In this document: in pieces, positions 29,609 to 41,341 of the stretch
Numbering within the stretch: position 1 is the stretch's first letter
Layout of the letters: each line of letters begins with the position of its first letter
Source: Candidatus Actinomarinales bacterium
Lineage (GTDB): Bacteria > Actinomycetota > Acidimicrobiia > Actinomarinales > Actinomarinaceae
Length of the DNA stretch: 64,000 nt
Assembly: GCA_004213405.1 (NCBI GenBank)
Contig: SGYR01000001.1
Location: forward strand, 8,866 to 72,865
Direction of reading: 5' to 3'
Position numbers and translations under genes: made by a program
Notes under the pieces: model-generated
Seen by the model: the letters and a program-made list of their open reading frames with translations, nothing else
What the model was told of the DNA's origin: nothing
The model's database searches: none

Positions 29609-32089
29609 TTATGATTCAGATTCTACAAAATCTACAGGTGGTTCATCTGGAGCTTCAACTGATTCAAACTCTAGAGTATTTTCATCTTTATTTAATGAAA
29701 TTATTATTGTTGATCCAGCTTTGTATTTACCTTGTAAAAGCTCTTCTGAAAGAGGGTCCTCAAGTAATCTCTGTATAGACCTTCTTAAAGGTCTCGCTCC
29801 AAATTCTTTATCATAACCTTCGGTTGCTAAAAATTCTTTAGCTTCATCAGAAAGTACGATTTCTAAGTCAGAGTTTTTAAGTTGACTGTGTAATCTATCA
29901 AGCATTAAGTCAACAATTTCTTTAACTTCGTCAATTGTTAGCTCATGGAAAACAATTGTTTCATCTATTCTATTTAAAAACTCAGGCCTAAAATATCTTT
30001 TTAATTCTTCACCAACTTTTGATTTCATTTTTTCATAATTATCGATTTCGCTTAGATTACTGAAGCCGATATTTTTGGCAATATCTTTGGTTCCTAAATT
30101 TGAAGTCATGATAATTATTGTGTTCTTAAAATCAACAGTTCTACCTTGTGCATCTGTAAGTCTTCCATCTTCTAGAATTTGGAGAAGTGTATTAAATACA
30201 TCAGGATGAGCTTTTTCTACTTCATCAAGAAGAACTATACTGAAAGGTTTTCTTCTTACAGCTTCGGTGAGTTGGCCTCCTTCATCATAACCAACATAAC
30301 CCGGAGGTGAGCCAATTAATCTACTTACTGTATGCTTTTCCATATATTCAGACATGTCTATCTGAATTAATGAATCTTCATCACCAAAAAGAAACTCTGC
30401 TAAAGCTTTTGCAGTCTCAGTTTTACCAACACCAGATGGTCCTAAAAATATAAATGAACCAGATGGTCTTTTGGGATCTTTTAATCCAGACCTTGTTCTT
30501 CTAATAGCTTTTGAAACAGCCGTAATTGCTTCATTTTGACCAATAATTCTCTTATGTAGCTCGATTTCCATTTCTAACAACCTAGCTGTCTCTTCTTGGG
30601 TTAATCTATGAACCGGTATGCCTGTCCATTGAGCTAAAACTTCTGCAATTTCTTCTTCATCAATTACCATTTCAATTTCTGAAGCAGATGCTGAGTCTAT
30701 AGTGTTTACTTCATCAAGTAATAGTTTTTCCTGATCTCTTATTTGAGCTGCCTTCTCAAACAATTGAGATTGAACAGCATCAATTTTTTGCTCTCTTAAA
30801 TTTTTAAGTTTGTCAGCTATCTCTTGTTTATCTTGATCAAGAGGTTTCTTGTAAACTCTCATACGACTACCTGCTTCGTCAATCAAGTCAATAGCTTTGT
30901 CAGGTAAGAATCTATCAGATATATATCTGTCTGCCATATTGACAGCAGAAGCGATAGCTTGATCTGTAAACCTGACTCCGTGGTGGACCTCATATCTATC
31001 TTTCAATCCATCTAATATTTCTATAGCATCTGAGAGTTTTGGCTCATCAACTTGTACGGACTGGAATCTTCTTTCAAGTGCAGCATCTTTTTCAAAATGC
31101 TTTCTAAATTCTTCTAGTGTTGTGGCACCTATTGTCTGTAGTTCGCCCCTTGCTAACATTGGTTTTAAAATTGACGCAGCATCAATCGCTCCTTCAGCAG
31201 CTCCGGCACCAACAAGTGTGTGTATTTCATCTATAAATAAAACTATGTCACCTCTTGTTTTTATTTCCTTTAAGACTTTCTTTAGACGTTCTTCGAAATC
31301 ACCCCTGTATCTTGATCCTGCTACTAAAGCAGATAAGTCAAGTGTATAAATTTGTTTGCCCTCAAGAGTTACTGGAACGTCCCCTGAGATAATTTTTTGA
31401 GCTAAACCCTCAACAATCGCAGTTTTACCAACTCCTGGCTCACCAATTAAAACTGGATTGTTCTTTGTTCTTCTGGATAGTATTTGCATTACCCTTTCAA
31501 TCTCTGTTGTTCTGCCAATAACAGGGTCCAGCTTTCCTTCTTTTGCCATTCTTGTAAGATTTCGTCCAAATTGATCTAAGATAGCTGAACCTGTTCCTGA
31601 ACCAGGTCTTTCCCTACCTCCTGTAGATGCAGCTTGTTGCTTTTTGCTTTCACCTGCAGATGAAATTAATTTGATCACTGTTTGTCTAACTTGAGATAGT
31701 TCAGCACCTAATTTTTTTAAAACTTGAGCAGCAACGCCTTCTCCTTCACGAATCAATCCGAGTAGTATATGTTCTGTTCCTATGTAATTATGTCCTAGCT
31801 GTAAGGCCTCTCGAAGTGAAAGCTCTAAAACTTTTTTTGCTCTAGGAGTAAAAGGAATATGCCCACTCGGTGATTGTTGGCCCTCCCCAATAATTTCAAC
31901 AACTTCTGACCTAACGCTGTCAATATTGATATTTAATTCTTCCAAAGCTTTTGCAGCATGGCCTTCGCCTTCTTGAATTAAACCAAGAAGTATATGTTCT
32001 GTGCCAATGTAATTATGATTAAGTCTTCTAGCTTCTTCCTGTGCTAAAACTACGACCCTTCTGGCTCTATCGGTAAATCTTTCAAACAT
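29609..32089 (-). CDS. clpC: ATP-dependent Clp protease ATP-binding subunit ClpC
   Basis: Double Clp_N repeat, two AAA+ modules ([16 protein letters not shown]), UVR-like linker. Confidence 0.95.
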   Translation of the reverse strand: MFERFTDRARRVVVLAQEEARRLNHNYIGTEHILLGLIQEGEGHAAKALEELNINIDSVRSEVVEIIGEGQQSPSGHIPFTPRAKKVLELSLREALQLGHNYIGTEHILLGLIREGEGVAAQVLKKLGAELSQVRQTVIKLISSAGESKKQQAASTGGRERPGSGTGSAILDQFGRNLTRMAKEGKLDPVIGRTTEIERVMQILSRRTKNNPVLIGEPGVGKTAIVEGLAQKIISGDVPVTLEGKQIYTLDLSALVAGSRYRGDFEERLKKVLKEIKTRGDIVLFIDEIHTLVGAGAAEGAIDAASILKPMLARGELQTIGATTLEEFRKHFEKDAALERRFQSVQVDEPKLSDAIEILDGLKDRYEVHHGVRFTDQAIASAVNMADRYISDRFLPDKAIDLIDEAGSRMRVYKKPLDQDKQEIADKLKNLREQKIDAVQSQLFEKAAQIRDQEKLLLDEVNTIDSASASEIEMVIDEEEIAEVLAQWTGIPVHRLTQEETARLLEMEIELHKRIIGQNEAITAVSKAIRRTRSGLKDPKRPSGSFIFLGPSGVGKTETAKALAEFLFGDEDSLIQIDMSEYMEKHTVSRLIGSPPGYVGYDEGGQLTEAVRRKPFSIVLLDEVEKAHPDVFNTLLQILEDGRLTDAQGRTVDFKNTIIIMTSNLGTKDIAKNIGFSNLSEIDNYEKMKSKVGEELKRYFRPEFLNRIDETIVFHELTIDEVKEIVDLMLDRLHSQLKNSDLEIVLSDEAKEFLATEGYDKEFGARPLRRSIQRLLEDPLSEELLQGKYKAGSTIIISLNKDENTLEFESVEAPDEPPVDFVESES

Positions 32090-32168
32090 ATTATTATTTT
32101 AACAAAGGTCTGTTTATACACTTAAATGAAAATTACAACTATTTATACATTTACTTTATTCTTTAGTT

Positions 32169-33152
32169 ATGGAAAGCAATGAAATCAAAAAAATTATTCC
32201 TTTCAATGATATTTGGGATAACTTAAATATATTAGAAGAAAGACTATTAGAAATTTCTAGCTCTTCAAATGATTACCTTACATCAATATCTCAATATCTT
32301 ATAAATGCCGGAGGAAAAAGATTTCGACCAATAGTCACCTCACTTGCTGGAAAGTTTGGAAATGAAATTGAAAATATTAGCAAAATTATAGACGCTGGTG
32401 TTTGTGTTGAACTAATACATATTGGAAGTTTATATCATGATGACGTCATGGACAATGCTACAACAAGAAGAGGAGTTGAAAGTTCAAACTCAAGATGGAA
32501 CTCATCCCTTTCAATACTTGCAGGAGATTATTTACTTGCAAGATCTTCTGAACTTGCAGCGGAGAGTTTAGGATTGGAATCAGTCAAACTGCTGGCTTCC
32601 ACTTATGCAGAATTAGTTGAAGGTCAAACAAAAGAGTTGAATTTAGCTTTTGACCTTGATCAAAAGATTGATGATTACTTAACAGTTATTGAAGGTAAAA
32701 CTGCGAGCCTTATTAGAACAAGTGCAAGACTTGGTTCTCTTGCTAGTTCAGCAGATAGTGAGATTGTTGATGCCTTGAGCAATTGGGGTTGGAACTGTGG
32801 AATAATTTTTCAAATATCTGATGATATATTAGATTTAACTTCTGACTCGCAAACGTTAGGAAAGCCTGCAGGTAATGATATTTTAGAAGGAACTTACACA
32901 TTACCAGTCTTAATTGCATTGAATAAAGATAAAGGTAAGTACCAGGAACTCTTAACTGAAATAAAAGAAGATAAAATTGATGTTAAAAATGTACTTGATG
33001 AATTTACTACAAAGGAAATAATTGACGACTCAAAAGAAATAATCAATAGCTACTTAAATGACAGTGTAGAGGCGATATTTACACTCAAAAATCATGAACT
33101 ATTTCCAGTTCTAGAAAACATTAACAATTATCTTATTAATCGAACAAATTAA
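32169..33152 (+). CDS. Polyprenyl diphosphate synthase (trans-isoprenyl diphosphate synthase family)
   Basis: FARM LYHDDVMD and SARM FQISDDILD aspartate-rich motifs. Confidence 0.85.
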   Translation: MESNEIKKIIPFNDIWDNLNILEERLLEISSSSNDYLTSISQYLINAGGKRFRPIVTSLAGKFGNEIENISKIIDAGVCVELIHIGSLYHDDVMDNATTRRGVESSNSRWNSSLSILAGDYLLARSSELAAESLGLESVKLLASTYAELVEGQTKELNLAFDLDQKIDDYLTVIEGKTASLIRTSARLGSLASSADSEIVDALSNWGWNCGIIFQISDDILDLTSDSQTLGKPAGNDILEGTYTLPVLIALNKDKGKYQELLTEIKEDKIDVKNVLDEFTTKEIIDDSKEIINSYLNDSVEAIFTLKNHELFPVLENINNYLINRTN

Positions 33153-34630
33153 TTTTCAGGTTTTAAATGTGGAAAGGCAATAACTTCTCTAATTGATTCA
33201 TTGTTTGTAAGAATCATTACAAATCTATCTACACCAAAACCAAGTCCACCAGTTGGAGGTAGTCCATACTCCAAAGCTTCAATGTAATCCCTATCTTCTA
33301 CATGTGCCTCTTCATCTCCCTCAGCTTTTTTTTGAGCTTGTTCTTTTAACCTTGCTTCTTGATCAACTGGATCAATGAGTTCGGAAAAACCATTGGCTAA
33401 TTCACTACCAAAAGCAAACAATTCAAACCTTTCAGTCACTCCCTTCTTTTCTTTACTTTCCCTGGCAAATGGTGAGGCTTCTTTGGGGTAGTCTGTTACA
33501 AATGTAGGATTTACAATATTGTCTTCAATGTATTTTTCAAACAAATCGTAAACTAACATTCCTGTAGTTTTAGATTCATTCTCAATCTTATGTTTTGTTA
33601 AAAACTCTTCTTTGATTTGTTTTAAATCTGTATTATGTTTGATTTCAACATCAAAATGTTCGCTTACCAAATCAAACATACTTATTCTTCTCCAAGGAAA
33701 ACTAAAATCTGCTTCTTTTTCAGCAAACTCTATCTTTAAATCATGATTTAATTGACTTAATATGTGCTCGCACATCCTTTCAACCATGTCCATTACACCA
33801 TTTACGTCTGTGTAAGCCTCGTAACTTTCCATCATTGTGAACTCAGGTGAGTGTGTTTGGTCAATGCCTTCATTTCTAAAAACTTTTCCAACTTCAAAAA
33901 CTTTTTCATAACCACCAATAATTAATCTTTTTAAATATAATTCAGGAGCAATTCGAAGAAACATGTCAATACTCATTGCGTTATGGTGTGTCACAAAAGG
34001 TTTTGCAATCGCACCTCCTGCTTTTGGCTGGAGTGTAGGGGTCTCAACTTCAATAAACCCATCACTAACCATAAACTCTCTTATTAATTTAAGAACTTTA
34101 AATCTCGTATCTATAGTTTTCTTTGCATCATCATTTACGATTAAATCAAGATACCGTTGTCTAAATCTAGTTTCTTTATCTTTCAATCCATGCCACTTTT
34201 CAGGAAGTGTTCTTAAAGATTTGCTCAAAACTATTAAATTGGAAATTTTTAATGAAAGCTCTCCCTTTTTTGTTTTCATTATGCTTCCAGAAGTGCCTAT
34301 TATGTCTCCTACATCCATTAACTCAATGTGTTCTTCTAATTTCTCATCTAAATCATCTTTAGAAGCAAGTAATTGTATTTTTCCAGTTGAGTCTTTTACA
34401 TCTATAAATGTTAATTTTCCAAAAGACCTAATACTTAGTACTCGACCTCTCACAGCAACACTAATATCTGTTTGTTCTCCATTGTCTAGACTTTGATGGT
34501 TGGCATGAATGTCGCTTATAAAACTTGCATTTTTATAGTATGTTGGAAAAGACTCTGTTCCCTTTAATTTTTCAACCTTCTCACGTCTAAGGTCATATAT
34601 TTCTTTTTCAGATTTTGATAATTCGGTCAC
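33149..34630 (-). CDS. lysS: Lysine--tRNA ligase (class II)
   Basis: OB anticodon-binding N-domain, class II motifs (FRNEG, GGLGFGVDR). Confidence 0.95.
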   Translation of the reverse strand: MTELSKSEKEIYDLRREKVEKLKGTESFPTYYKNASFISDIHANHQSLDNGEQTDISVAVRGRVLSIRSFGKLTFIDVKDSTGKIQLLASKDDLDEKLEEHIELMDVGDIIGTSGSIMKTKKGELSLKISNLIVLSKSLRTLPEKWHGLKDKETRFRQRYLDLIVNDDAKKTIDTRFKVLKLIREFMVSDGFIEVETPTLQPKAGGAIAKPFVTHHNAMSIDMFLRIAPELYLKRLIIGGYEKVFEVGKVFRNEGIDQTHSPEFTMMESYEAYTDVNGVMDMVERMCEHILSQLNHDLKIEFAEKEADFSFPWRRISMFDLVSEHFDVEIKHNTDLKQIKEEFLTKHKIENESKTTGMLVYDLFEKYIEDNIVNPTFVTDYPKEASPFARESKEKKGVTERFELFAFGSELANGFSELIDPVDQEARLKEQAQKKAEGDEEAHVEDRDYIEALEYGLPPTGGLGFGVDRFVMILTNNESIREVIAFPHLKPEN

Positions 34631-34639
34631 ATTTATATC

Positions 34640-35407
34640 CTAATTATTTAAGTTAAATATTTCTTCTAACCCAACTAATGTTAAATTTTCTTCATACTGT
34701 GCATTTAAATTTAGTGCAGGCTGAATAATTGGACTTAAACCTCCAGTTAGAATAATTTTTGGTTTTGTACCCAATTCTTGCAAAAGTCTCTCGATCATAG
34801 AATCTATCATAGATGCGTGCCCAAAAATTAACCCGCTCTGAATAGCTTCATAAGTATTTTTACCTACAACTTTTTTTGGAAGGTCTAATTCAACAGATTT
34901 CAAAGAAGCGGTCTTCGATGTTAAAGCGTCCAGGCTAATCTTTATACCCGGTGCAATAGCTCCGCCTAAATACTCTTTTTTATTGTTTACAACATCAAAA
35001 GTAGTTGCTGTCCCTAAATCAACAATTACAACATCTGACTCGGCAATTTTATAACCAGCAACTGAATTTGCTATCCTGTCAGGTCCTAATTCTTTTGGAT
35101 TATCAATATTTACTTTTAAACCTGTTTTAATACCGGGCCCCACAACGATAGGTGGGAAATCTAAATATTTCTCAATTGCTTGAATCATATTATTGGTTAC
35201 TTGAGGAACAACTGAGCAAACTATAGAACCTGCTAATTCATTTCTTGTGTCATCTATAAAGTTAAAAGTGGAGTTAAAAAGTGCTAACAATTCATCTGGA
35301 GTGTTTGCATCTCTAGTAGTAAACCTATAAGAATCCCAGCCATGCTTGTTTCCTATTCCAACTGTTGTTTCAGTATTTCCAATATCAATTGCTATTATTT
35401 TTTTCAT
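34640..35407 (-). CDS. coaX: Type III pantothenate kinase
   Basis: IDIGNT phosphate-1 motif, ASKHA fold pattern; conserved position next to panC/lysS. Confidence 0.85.
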   Translation of the reverse strand: MKKIIAIDIGNTETTVGIGNKHGWDSYRFTTRDANTPDELLALFNSTFNFIDDTRNELAGSIVCSVVPQVTNNMIQAIEKYLDFPPIVVGPGIKTGLKVNIDNPKELGPDRIANSVAGYKIAESDVVIVDLGTATTFDVVNNKKEYLGGAIAPGIKISLDALTSKTASLKSVELDLPKKVVGKNTYEAIQSGLIFGHASMIDSMIERLLQELGTKPKIILTGGLSPIIQPALNLNAQYEENLTLVGLEEIFNLNN

Positions 35408-36222
35408 ATTTCTATATCAATGTTGTCTATCAACCTTACATTTTCAACATAAGCTGCAGTTAATAACTTTAATTTCTTTGAGTATTTATTTGGATAATTA
35501 AAATTTTCTTCATCTACTATTTCAAGATAGTCCAAATCTATTTCATTTTGACTAATTGAATTAATCCCTAGTTCAACAGATTCCTCGAAACTTTTACCTA
35601 AATTTATTTCTTTAGCCACTTTTTGTAAAGATTTAAAAATATTTGCTGCATTTAATTTAGCATTTTGTGATAGATGCTTATTTCGACTACTCAAAGCAAG
35701 GCCATTTACATCTCGAAATATTTCGCCTTCTATTATTTCAATATTTAAATCAAGACGATTAACCATGTCCTTAATTAAAAATAATTGTTGCGCATCTTTT
35801 TTCCCAAAAACAGCATGGCTAGGCTTTATTAAATCAAACAGTCTATTTACAACAGTTAAAACTCCCTCGAAATGGCCAGGCCTTGAAGCTCCCTCGAGAA
35901 TAGATCCCACTTTACCAGGAACAATAGAAGGAACTCCTTCACTAGGATAAATGTAGCTTTCCTGAGGGAGAAAAATAAAATCAACACCAATATTTTTCAA
36001 AAATTGAATATCTTGTTCAAGCTCGATAGGATAATTTTTGAAATCGTCATCATTATTGAATTGTCTTCTATTTAGAAATATGGATACCAAGGTTTTTAAA
36101 TTTGTTTTTTTTCCAATATCTACAAGTGATAGGTGGCCTTCGTGTATTGATCCCAATGTGGGAATAAAACAAATGTTTTCAGAAAGAATGTCATCGTTTA
36201 TTGTATTTATAACTTTTGTCAT
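35404..36222 (-). CDS. panC: Pantoate--beta-alanine ligase
   Basis: PTLGSIHEGHLSLV HIGH-like motif. Confidence 0.9.
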   Translation of the reverse strand: MTKVINTINDDILSENICFIPTLGSIHEGHLSLVDIGKKTNLKTLVSIFLNRRQFNNDDDFKNYPIELEQDIQFLKNIGVDFIFLPQESYIYPSEGVPSIVPGKVGSILEGASRPGHFEGVLTVVNRLFDLIKPSHAVFGKKDAQQLFLIKDMVNRLDLNIEIIEGEIFRDVNGLALSSRNKHLSQNAKLNAANIFKSLQKVAKEINLGKSFEESVELGINSISQNEIDLDYLEIVDEENFNYPNKYSKKLKLLTAAYVENVRLIDNIDIEI

Positions 36223-36249
36223 TATCGTGCCCTAAAATGGTGCCCGTAC

Positions 36250-36723
36250 TTAAGTTTTAATTTTACCAATATTAGTTATTTTTTGATCAAAAATTTTAAA
36301 ACTAGATTTATCTAAAGGCTTATTTAAAACCTCGTATAAAGGCTCGACAACAAAAAGTCTATTTTGCCAATCATAATGAGGGATAATTAAATCTTCTTCG
36401 TTAATTTCTTCACCTTTAAAAAATATAATATCTATGTCTATCAACCTTGGTCCGTATCTAAAATTTTTCTTTCGCCCCATCTGGGTTTCTACTTCCTTAA
36501 TTTTTACCAGTAAATTTCTAGATGTTTCTTGATATTCAATTTCAATAACAATGTTGAAAAAATCATCTTGTTCTTTGTAAAGTAGTGGTTCTGTTTTGTA
36601 GACTGATGAGATTTTAATTATCTTGGTAAAATTAGAAATTAGCCTTATTGCATCAATTAAATTACTTTCTTTATCACCAATATTTGAGCCCAAGGAGAGG
36701 AAAATACTATTTGAATTCTTCAC
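36250..36723 (-). CDS. folK: 2-amino-4-hydroxy-6-hydroxymethyldihydropteridine diphosphokinase
   Basis: IFLSLGSNIGD N-terminal motif, HPPK fold. Confidence 0.9.
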   Translation of the reverse strand: MKNSNSIFLSLGSNIGDKESNLIDAIRLISNFTKIIKISSVYKTEPLLYKEQDDFFNIVIEIEYQETSRNLLVKIKEVETQMGRKKNFRYGPRLIDIDIIFFKGEEINEEDLIIPHYDWQNRLFVVEPLYEVLNKPLDKSSFKIFDQKITNIGKIKT

Positions 36724-37075
36724 GATAAGAAACCGAAATGCCCTCTGTTCTATCTTTTAAAATTGTTCCTGGTTTATAAACTGTAACCTTAATTTCTTGT
36801 AACATAGATTCATTTTTTGCGTATTTAAATACAATTTTTTCAGAAATTTGTTTTGCCAAAGTTTCAATTAAATCATAGCTTTCGTTGTTAACGAATTTTA
36901 TAACTAAATTAACTATTTCCTCATAATTAAGTGTTTTGTTAATATCGTCCTCAGAAAAATCAGAAATATTGATATGAATATCTACCAAAAACTCCTGTTC
37001 GTTTTGTTTTTCATGATCATAAATTCCATGTTTTCCAGAACACTTGATTTTAGAAATATTTATGTCGAATGACAT
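36707..37075 (-). CDS. folB: Dihydroneopterin aldolase
   Basis: FolB size and KxxGxHG(V/I)...E motif; between folK and folP. Confidence 0.8.
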   Translation of the reverse strand: MSFDINISKIKCSGKHGIYDHEKQNEQEFLVDIHINISDFSEDDINKTLNYEEIVNLVIKFVNNESYDLIETLAKQISEKIVFKYAKNESMLQEIKVTVYKPGTILKDRTEGISVSYREEFK

Positions 37076-37078
37076 TAT

Positions 37079-37549
37079 TTACGTAGTAGGAATAAGAGCT
37101 ATAGCTTTTGGTGAAAGTGGTTTTTCTAATATTTTTTCTAGTATGGTTCTTGCCAAAATAGGATCGTCCAAAAGCTTAGAGTAAATTAAATAACCAGCAA
37201 GAATTCCCGGAACTTGCTCATCTAATAATTCTCTATGTATTAAAAGCTTTCGATCCTTATCTGATAATGCTTCTTTGATTGCATCAAAAATAACATTTAG
37301 GGACTCTTTTGGAATGTCATCACTTAGCGGATAATGATAAGTTCTAAAACCTACTTCTTGATAGTTTTTAAGATTAAAGTCTGAATCAAGTAGTGAGAAA
37401 ATAGCATTAATGCCCTGTCCTTTTAGCCACTGGATTTCTTCTTCCCTCCTTATTTTACGAGGAGTAAGGCCACCACCACCAATGCACTCGGAAACAGCTA
37501 GTTTTCCTTCAATAATCCAATGAAAATCATTGGGTTTTAAACCAGCCAT
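37079..37549 (-). CDS. Dual-specificity-phosphatase-fold protein lacking catalytic Cys/Arg (pseudophosphatase-like), embedded in folate operon
   Basis: Sequence threads onto DSP topology; P-loop position reads LLIHRELLDEQVPGILAGYLI versus canonical VLVHCxAGxSRSxTxxxAYLM (C to R, R to Q). Confidence 0.45.
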   Translation of the reverse strand: MAGLKPNDFHWIIEGKLAVSECIGGGGLTPRKIRREEEIQWLKGQGINAIFSLLDSDFNLKNYQEVGFRTYHYPLSDDIPKESLNVIFDAIKEALSDKDRKLLIHRELLDEQVPGILAGYLIYSKLLDDPILARTILEKILEKPLSPKAIALIPTT

Positions 37550-37588
37550 TGTAACCTCCGTAAATTACATGTTAGCTTAAATGTAAAA

Positions 37589-38332
37589 CTAAGAAGCTAT
37601 GTGTAGCCTGACCAAAGAAACGCCAGACTTTATACAATGGTCATAAAGTTCTTCATGTGTCATCTCTAAATTTTGAGCAAATTTTTTCTTTGAATAACCC
37701 ACAACTAATGGAAACCCAAAGGAAAAATATTCTAGATTATCAAACAATTTTTGAGAGTCCTCCATTGATTTGCCAAAGCCTAAACCTGGATCAATAGAAA
37801 TTCTGCTTTTATCAACTCCATGAGAAATTAAATTTTCTATTTTTTCTTCTAAATGATCTCTTACTTCTTTTACTACATCTTTGTAATTCATCTTTTCTTG
37901 AATATCAGATGAATTTGGGTGCCTATGTACAAGAATAATCTTTGGAGCTTTTTCAACAATTAATTGAATCATTTTTAAATCATTGAAACCACTTACATCG
38001 TTAACAATTTCAAAATTATTTTCTAAAGCATGTCTGGCAATCTCATAATTCATCGTATCTACGGATAATTTAAACTTTCCAAAATAATTAGAAATAAAAA
38101 AATTAAATCTTTTTAATTCTTGTTCATATCTAACTTCTTTAAAGCCTGGTTTAGTTGAAACCCCACCAACATCAAGAATTTTTATTTCCTTTTCTTCTGC
38201 TGTTTTTAATAAAAATCCCAGTCTCTCTTTGTTTTCAAAAACGCCGTCACCAGTAAATGAATCCTTTGTTGAATTAATAATTCCAATTACGTTTTGGGTT
38301 AATGAATTTAAAAGATTATTCCAATCCGTCAA
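37589..38332 (-). CDS. folP: Dihydropteroate synthase
   Basis: Pterin-binding TIM barrel motifs (INSTKDSFTGDG, DPGLGFGK). Confidence 0.9.
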   Translation of the reverse strand: MTDWNNLLNSLTQNVIGIINSTKDSFTGDGVFENKERLGFLLKTAEEKEIKILDVGGVSTKPGFKEVRYEQELKRFNFFISNYFGKFKLSVDTMNYEIARHALENNFEIVNDVSGFNDLKMIQLIVEKAPKIILVHRHPNSSDIQEKMNYKDVVKEVRDHLEEKIENLISHGVDKSRISIDPGLGFGKSMEDSQKLFDNLEYFSFGFPLVVGYSKKKFAQNLEMTHEELYDHCIKSGVSLVRLHIAS

Positions 38333-38334
38333 TT

Positions 38335-38895
38335 TTAAGAAAAGTTTAAAAGTGCTTCGTTTCTTAAAGAAAAGTCTAATTCATACACACCAGTTGAGTA
38401 TGTAGTTATGACCTCCTCTGATGAATTTTGTGAATTCAATAAATCAGAGCAAAGATGTTTTGCAGAAATTTTAACAAAAACTCCATCAGCATCTAAAGTG
38501 TTGTGTATGAACGAGGCAATTTTTTCAGTTAACTTTTCCTGTAATGTTAAGTCGTTTGAAAAATGTCCTACAAGATCACTAAATTTTGAAATTCCCAATA
38601 TCTTTTTCTTTGGGAAAACAGCAATACTTGCTAAGCCGTGAAAAGGCATCATATGATGTTCACATAAGCTAATGTATGAAATTCCGTTTATATAAATAGG
38701 TTGACTGTGTCTAACTTCTTTTAGAGATTCAAAAATAAGTGTTTCATCACTTTTATTAGATAATTTTTTTTGAACTTGGTCTAAAAACTTAATTGATAAA
38801 TTTTTTATTTCTTCATCACTTTTATCAGTTATTTCTTTTAGTAAGAAAAATAAAGATTCCTGTGCCTGGATTAGGTTAGTTTGAACTTTGCTCAT
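38335..38895 (-). CDS. folE: GTP cyclohydrolase I
   Basis: CEHHMMPFHG zinc-binding motif. Confidence 0.95.
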   Translation of the reverse strand: MSKVQTNLIQAQESLFFLLKEITDKSDEEIKNLSIKFLDQVQKKLSNKSDETLIFESLKEVRHSQPIYINGISYISLCEHHMMPFHGLASIAVFPKKKILGISKFSDLVGHFSNDLTLQEKLTEKIASFIHNTLDADGVFVKISAKHLCSDLLNSQNSSEEVITTYSTGVYELDFSLRNEALLNFS

Positions 38896-40769
38896 CAGGC
38901 AAGCCTTAAGCTTTTACCAGTACCCTGAATTTTTACTTTTTTAATAGCTTTAAATACTTCAGCTACTTCATCTCTATTAATAGTCTCTTTCTCCATTAAT
39001 AAATTAACCATTGCATCCATTTGTTTTTTAAACTTCTTTAATATTTTTCCAGCAATTATGTGAGCGTCATTCAATAAATTTCTTACCTCATCATCTATAG
39101 ATGAGGCGACTTCGTCAGAATAGTCTTGTTGTCTTCCATAGTCTCGACCAAGGAATACTTCATTTGAACCTTTGCCGTAAAGCATTGGTCCAAGCTTTTC
39201 ACTCATACCAAATTCCATCACCATTCTTCTCGCAATATCTGTTGCTTTTTCAATATCGTTTGATGCTCCTGTAGTTGGGTCTGCAAATATTAACTCCTCT
39301 GCAACCCTGCCTCCCATAAGCATTGCAAGTCTGTCTTTTAATTCAGCCTTAGATGAAAGATACTTTTCACTATCGGGCAATGCCTGAGTATAGCCAAGCG
39401 CTCTTCCCCTTGGGATAATGGTAACTTTGTGAATTGGGTCTGCATTTGGAAGTGCCCAACCTACTAAAGCATGGCCAGTTTCATGATAAGCAATAATTAA
39501 CTTTTCCTCTTCTGTAATTACTTGACTTTTCTTTTCAGGACCAGCCATAACTCTATCAATTGAGTTCTCGATATCGACAATACCTATAGTTTTTTTATTT
39601 TTTCTTGCAGCTAGTAGTGCTGCTTCGTTTAATAAATTAGCAAGATCAGCACCGGTAAATCCTGGTGTTTGTTTAGCCAAAGTTTCAAAGTTAACATTTT
39701 TTGCTAATGGTTTATCTTTAGCGTGAACTTTTAGAATTTGAGTTCTTCCTGCCAAATCAGGCCTGCCAACTATTACCTGTCGATCAAATCTTCCCGGTCT
39801 TAATAAAGCAGGATCAAGAACGTCTGGCCTGTTTGTTGCTGCCATAAGTATTACACCTTGATTTGCTTCAAAACCATCCATTTCAACAAGTAATTGATTT
39901 AGTGTTTGTTCTCTCTCGTCGTGCCCACCACCAAGACCAGCTCCCCTCATTCTTCCAACTGCATCAATTTCATCAATAAATATGATTGCTGGAGATGATT
40001 CTTTGGCTTTTTTAAATAAATCTCTTACCCTGCTAGCTCCAACTCCTACAAACATCTCAACAAAGTCGGATCCTGAAATGCTAAAAAATGGAACACCAGC
40101 TTCCCCAGCAACTGCTTTTGCAAGAAGAGTTTTGCCTGTTCCTGGAGGGCCTACAAGTAAAACCCCTTTAGGAATTTTTGCACCAAGTTTGTTAAATTTT
40201 TCTGGAGATTTCAAAAACTCTTTTATCTCTTCTAGCTCTTCTTTAGCTTCTTCAACACCTGCTACATCCTGAAATGTAACTTTTGGTGCTTCTTCGTCGA
40301 GCTCTTTTGCTTTTGATTTACCAAATTGCATGATCTGATTTCCATTTGATCTAACTTGAGAAAACATGTAGAACATAAATGCTGCAAGAAATAGCCAAGG
40401 TAAAAATGCAAAAACATAATCTTGAAACCCTGCAGGCTCTGTGTCAGTATTTAAGACTATATCTTGATCAACTAAGAGTTGAAATACTTCACCCTCAAAA
40501 CCCTCTGGATATTCTGTTTGATATATGGTTTCATCATTTGCTATTTTAAATTCGACCATATTTGATTGTTCTTTTATTGTGGCTTCTATTACAGAGCCGG
40601 AGGTAATTTCATTTTTAAATGCAGTAAAAGATTTGCTTTCAGGTGCGTTAACTGTAGAGTTGTACTGCTGCACGCCAAGAAAGATAAGTAGTCCTAAAGC
40701 AAAGTACATAAAAAATGACTTATTGTTATTTTTTTTATTTATTTCTTTTTTCTTATCCATCTTATTCAA
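38895..40769 (-). CDS. ftsH: ATP-dependent zinc metalloprotease FtsH
   Basis: 2 TM, AAA module [16 protein letters not shown] zinc motif (HETGHAL). Confidence 0.95.
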   Translation of the reverse strand: MNKMDKKKEINKKNNNKSFFMYFALGLLIFLGVQQYNSTVNAPESKSFTAFKNEITSGSVIEATIKEQSNMVEFKIANDETIYQTEYPEGFEGEVFQLLVDQDIVLNTDTEPAGFQDYVFAFLPWLFLAAFMFYMFSQVRSNGNQIMQFGKSKAKELDEEAPKVTFQDVAGVEEAKEELEEIKEFLKSPEKFNKLGAKIPKGVLLVGPPGTGKTLLAKAVAGEAGVPFFSISGSDFVEMFVGVGASRVRDLFKKAKESSPAIIFIDEIDAVGRMRGAGLGGGHDEREQTLNQLLVEMDGFEANQGVILMAATNRPDVLDPALLRPGRFDRQVIVGRPDLAGRTQILKVHAKDKPLAKNVNFETLAKQTPGFTGADLANLLNEAALLAARKNKKTIGIVDIENSIDRVMAGPEKKSQVITEEEKLIIAYHETGHALVGWALPNADPIHKVTIIPRGRALGYTQALPDSEKYLSSKAELKDRLAMLMGGRVAEELIFADPTTGASNDIEKATDIARRMVMEFGMSEKLGPMLYGKGSNEVFLGRDYGRQQDYSDEVASSIDDEVRNLLNDAHIIAGKILKKFKKQMDAMVNLLMEKETINRDEVAEVFKAIKKVKIQGTGKSLRLA

Positions 40770-40804
40770 TTTAATACTCTTGGGTTTAAAAGCAATACTG
40801 ACAT

Positions 40805-41341
40805 TTAAGAGAGAACGGCTAAATAAGGTAATTCTCTATATTTTCCGTTGTAATCTAGACCATAACCCACTACAAATTCAGGGCCAATTTCGAATCCACT
40901 GTAATCGATTTCAATTGGGTCTTTTGAAACTCCTTTTTTAACAAACATGCTAAAAATTTCAATACTTTTTGGATTTCTAGATTCAAGTAATTTTTTTAAG
41001 CTTGAGAGGGTTAATCCTGTGTCATAGATGTCTTCGACGATCAAAATATTTTTATTTGAAATGTCATACTCCAAATCTTTAATAATTTTAATTTGTCCAG
41101 AAGATTCAGATCCGTAATAAGATTTAATACTCATAAAGTCAAAAGTAACATCAATCTGAAGTTGCTTAGCAAGGTCGCTTACAACTATAAAAGCTCCTTT
41201 CAGAATGCCAATAACTACAAGCTCTTCTTCTTTATACTTACTATTTATTATTTCTGCAATTTCCGAAATTTTATTTTCTATTTCTTCTTGCGATATTAAA
41301 GTTTTAGAAATTTTCAATACTAACCTTTTCTGTAGAAGCAC
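40805..41341 (-). CDS. hpt: Hypoxanthine phosphoribosyltransferase
   Basis: PRPP-binding motif [13 protein letters not shown]; true start probably a few codons downstream of 41341 (overlap with tilS). Confidence 0.9.
   Translation of the reverse strand: MLLQKRLVLKISKTLISQEEIENKISEIAEIINSKYKEEELVVIGILKGAFIVVSDLAKQLQIDVTFDFMSIKSYYGSESSGQIKIIKDLEYDISNKNILIVEDIYDTGLTLSSLKKLLESRNPKSIEIFSMFVKKGVSKDPIEIDYSGFEIGPEFVVGYGLDYNGKYRELPYLAVLS

Noticed and set aside
33963-34496. 177-aa + strand ORF inside lysS
   Set aside because: Fully antisense to lysS, Ser/Leu-rich translation typical of AT-rich antisense frames.
40525-40941. 138-aa + strand ORF across ftsH start and hpt end
   Set aside because: Antisense to ftsH N-terminus and hpt C-terminus; no independent support.
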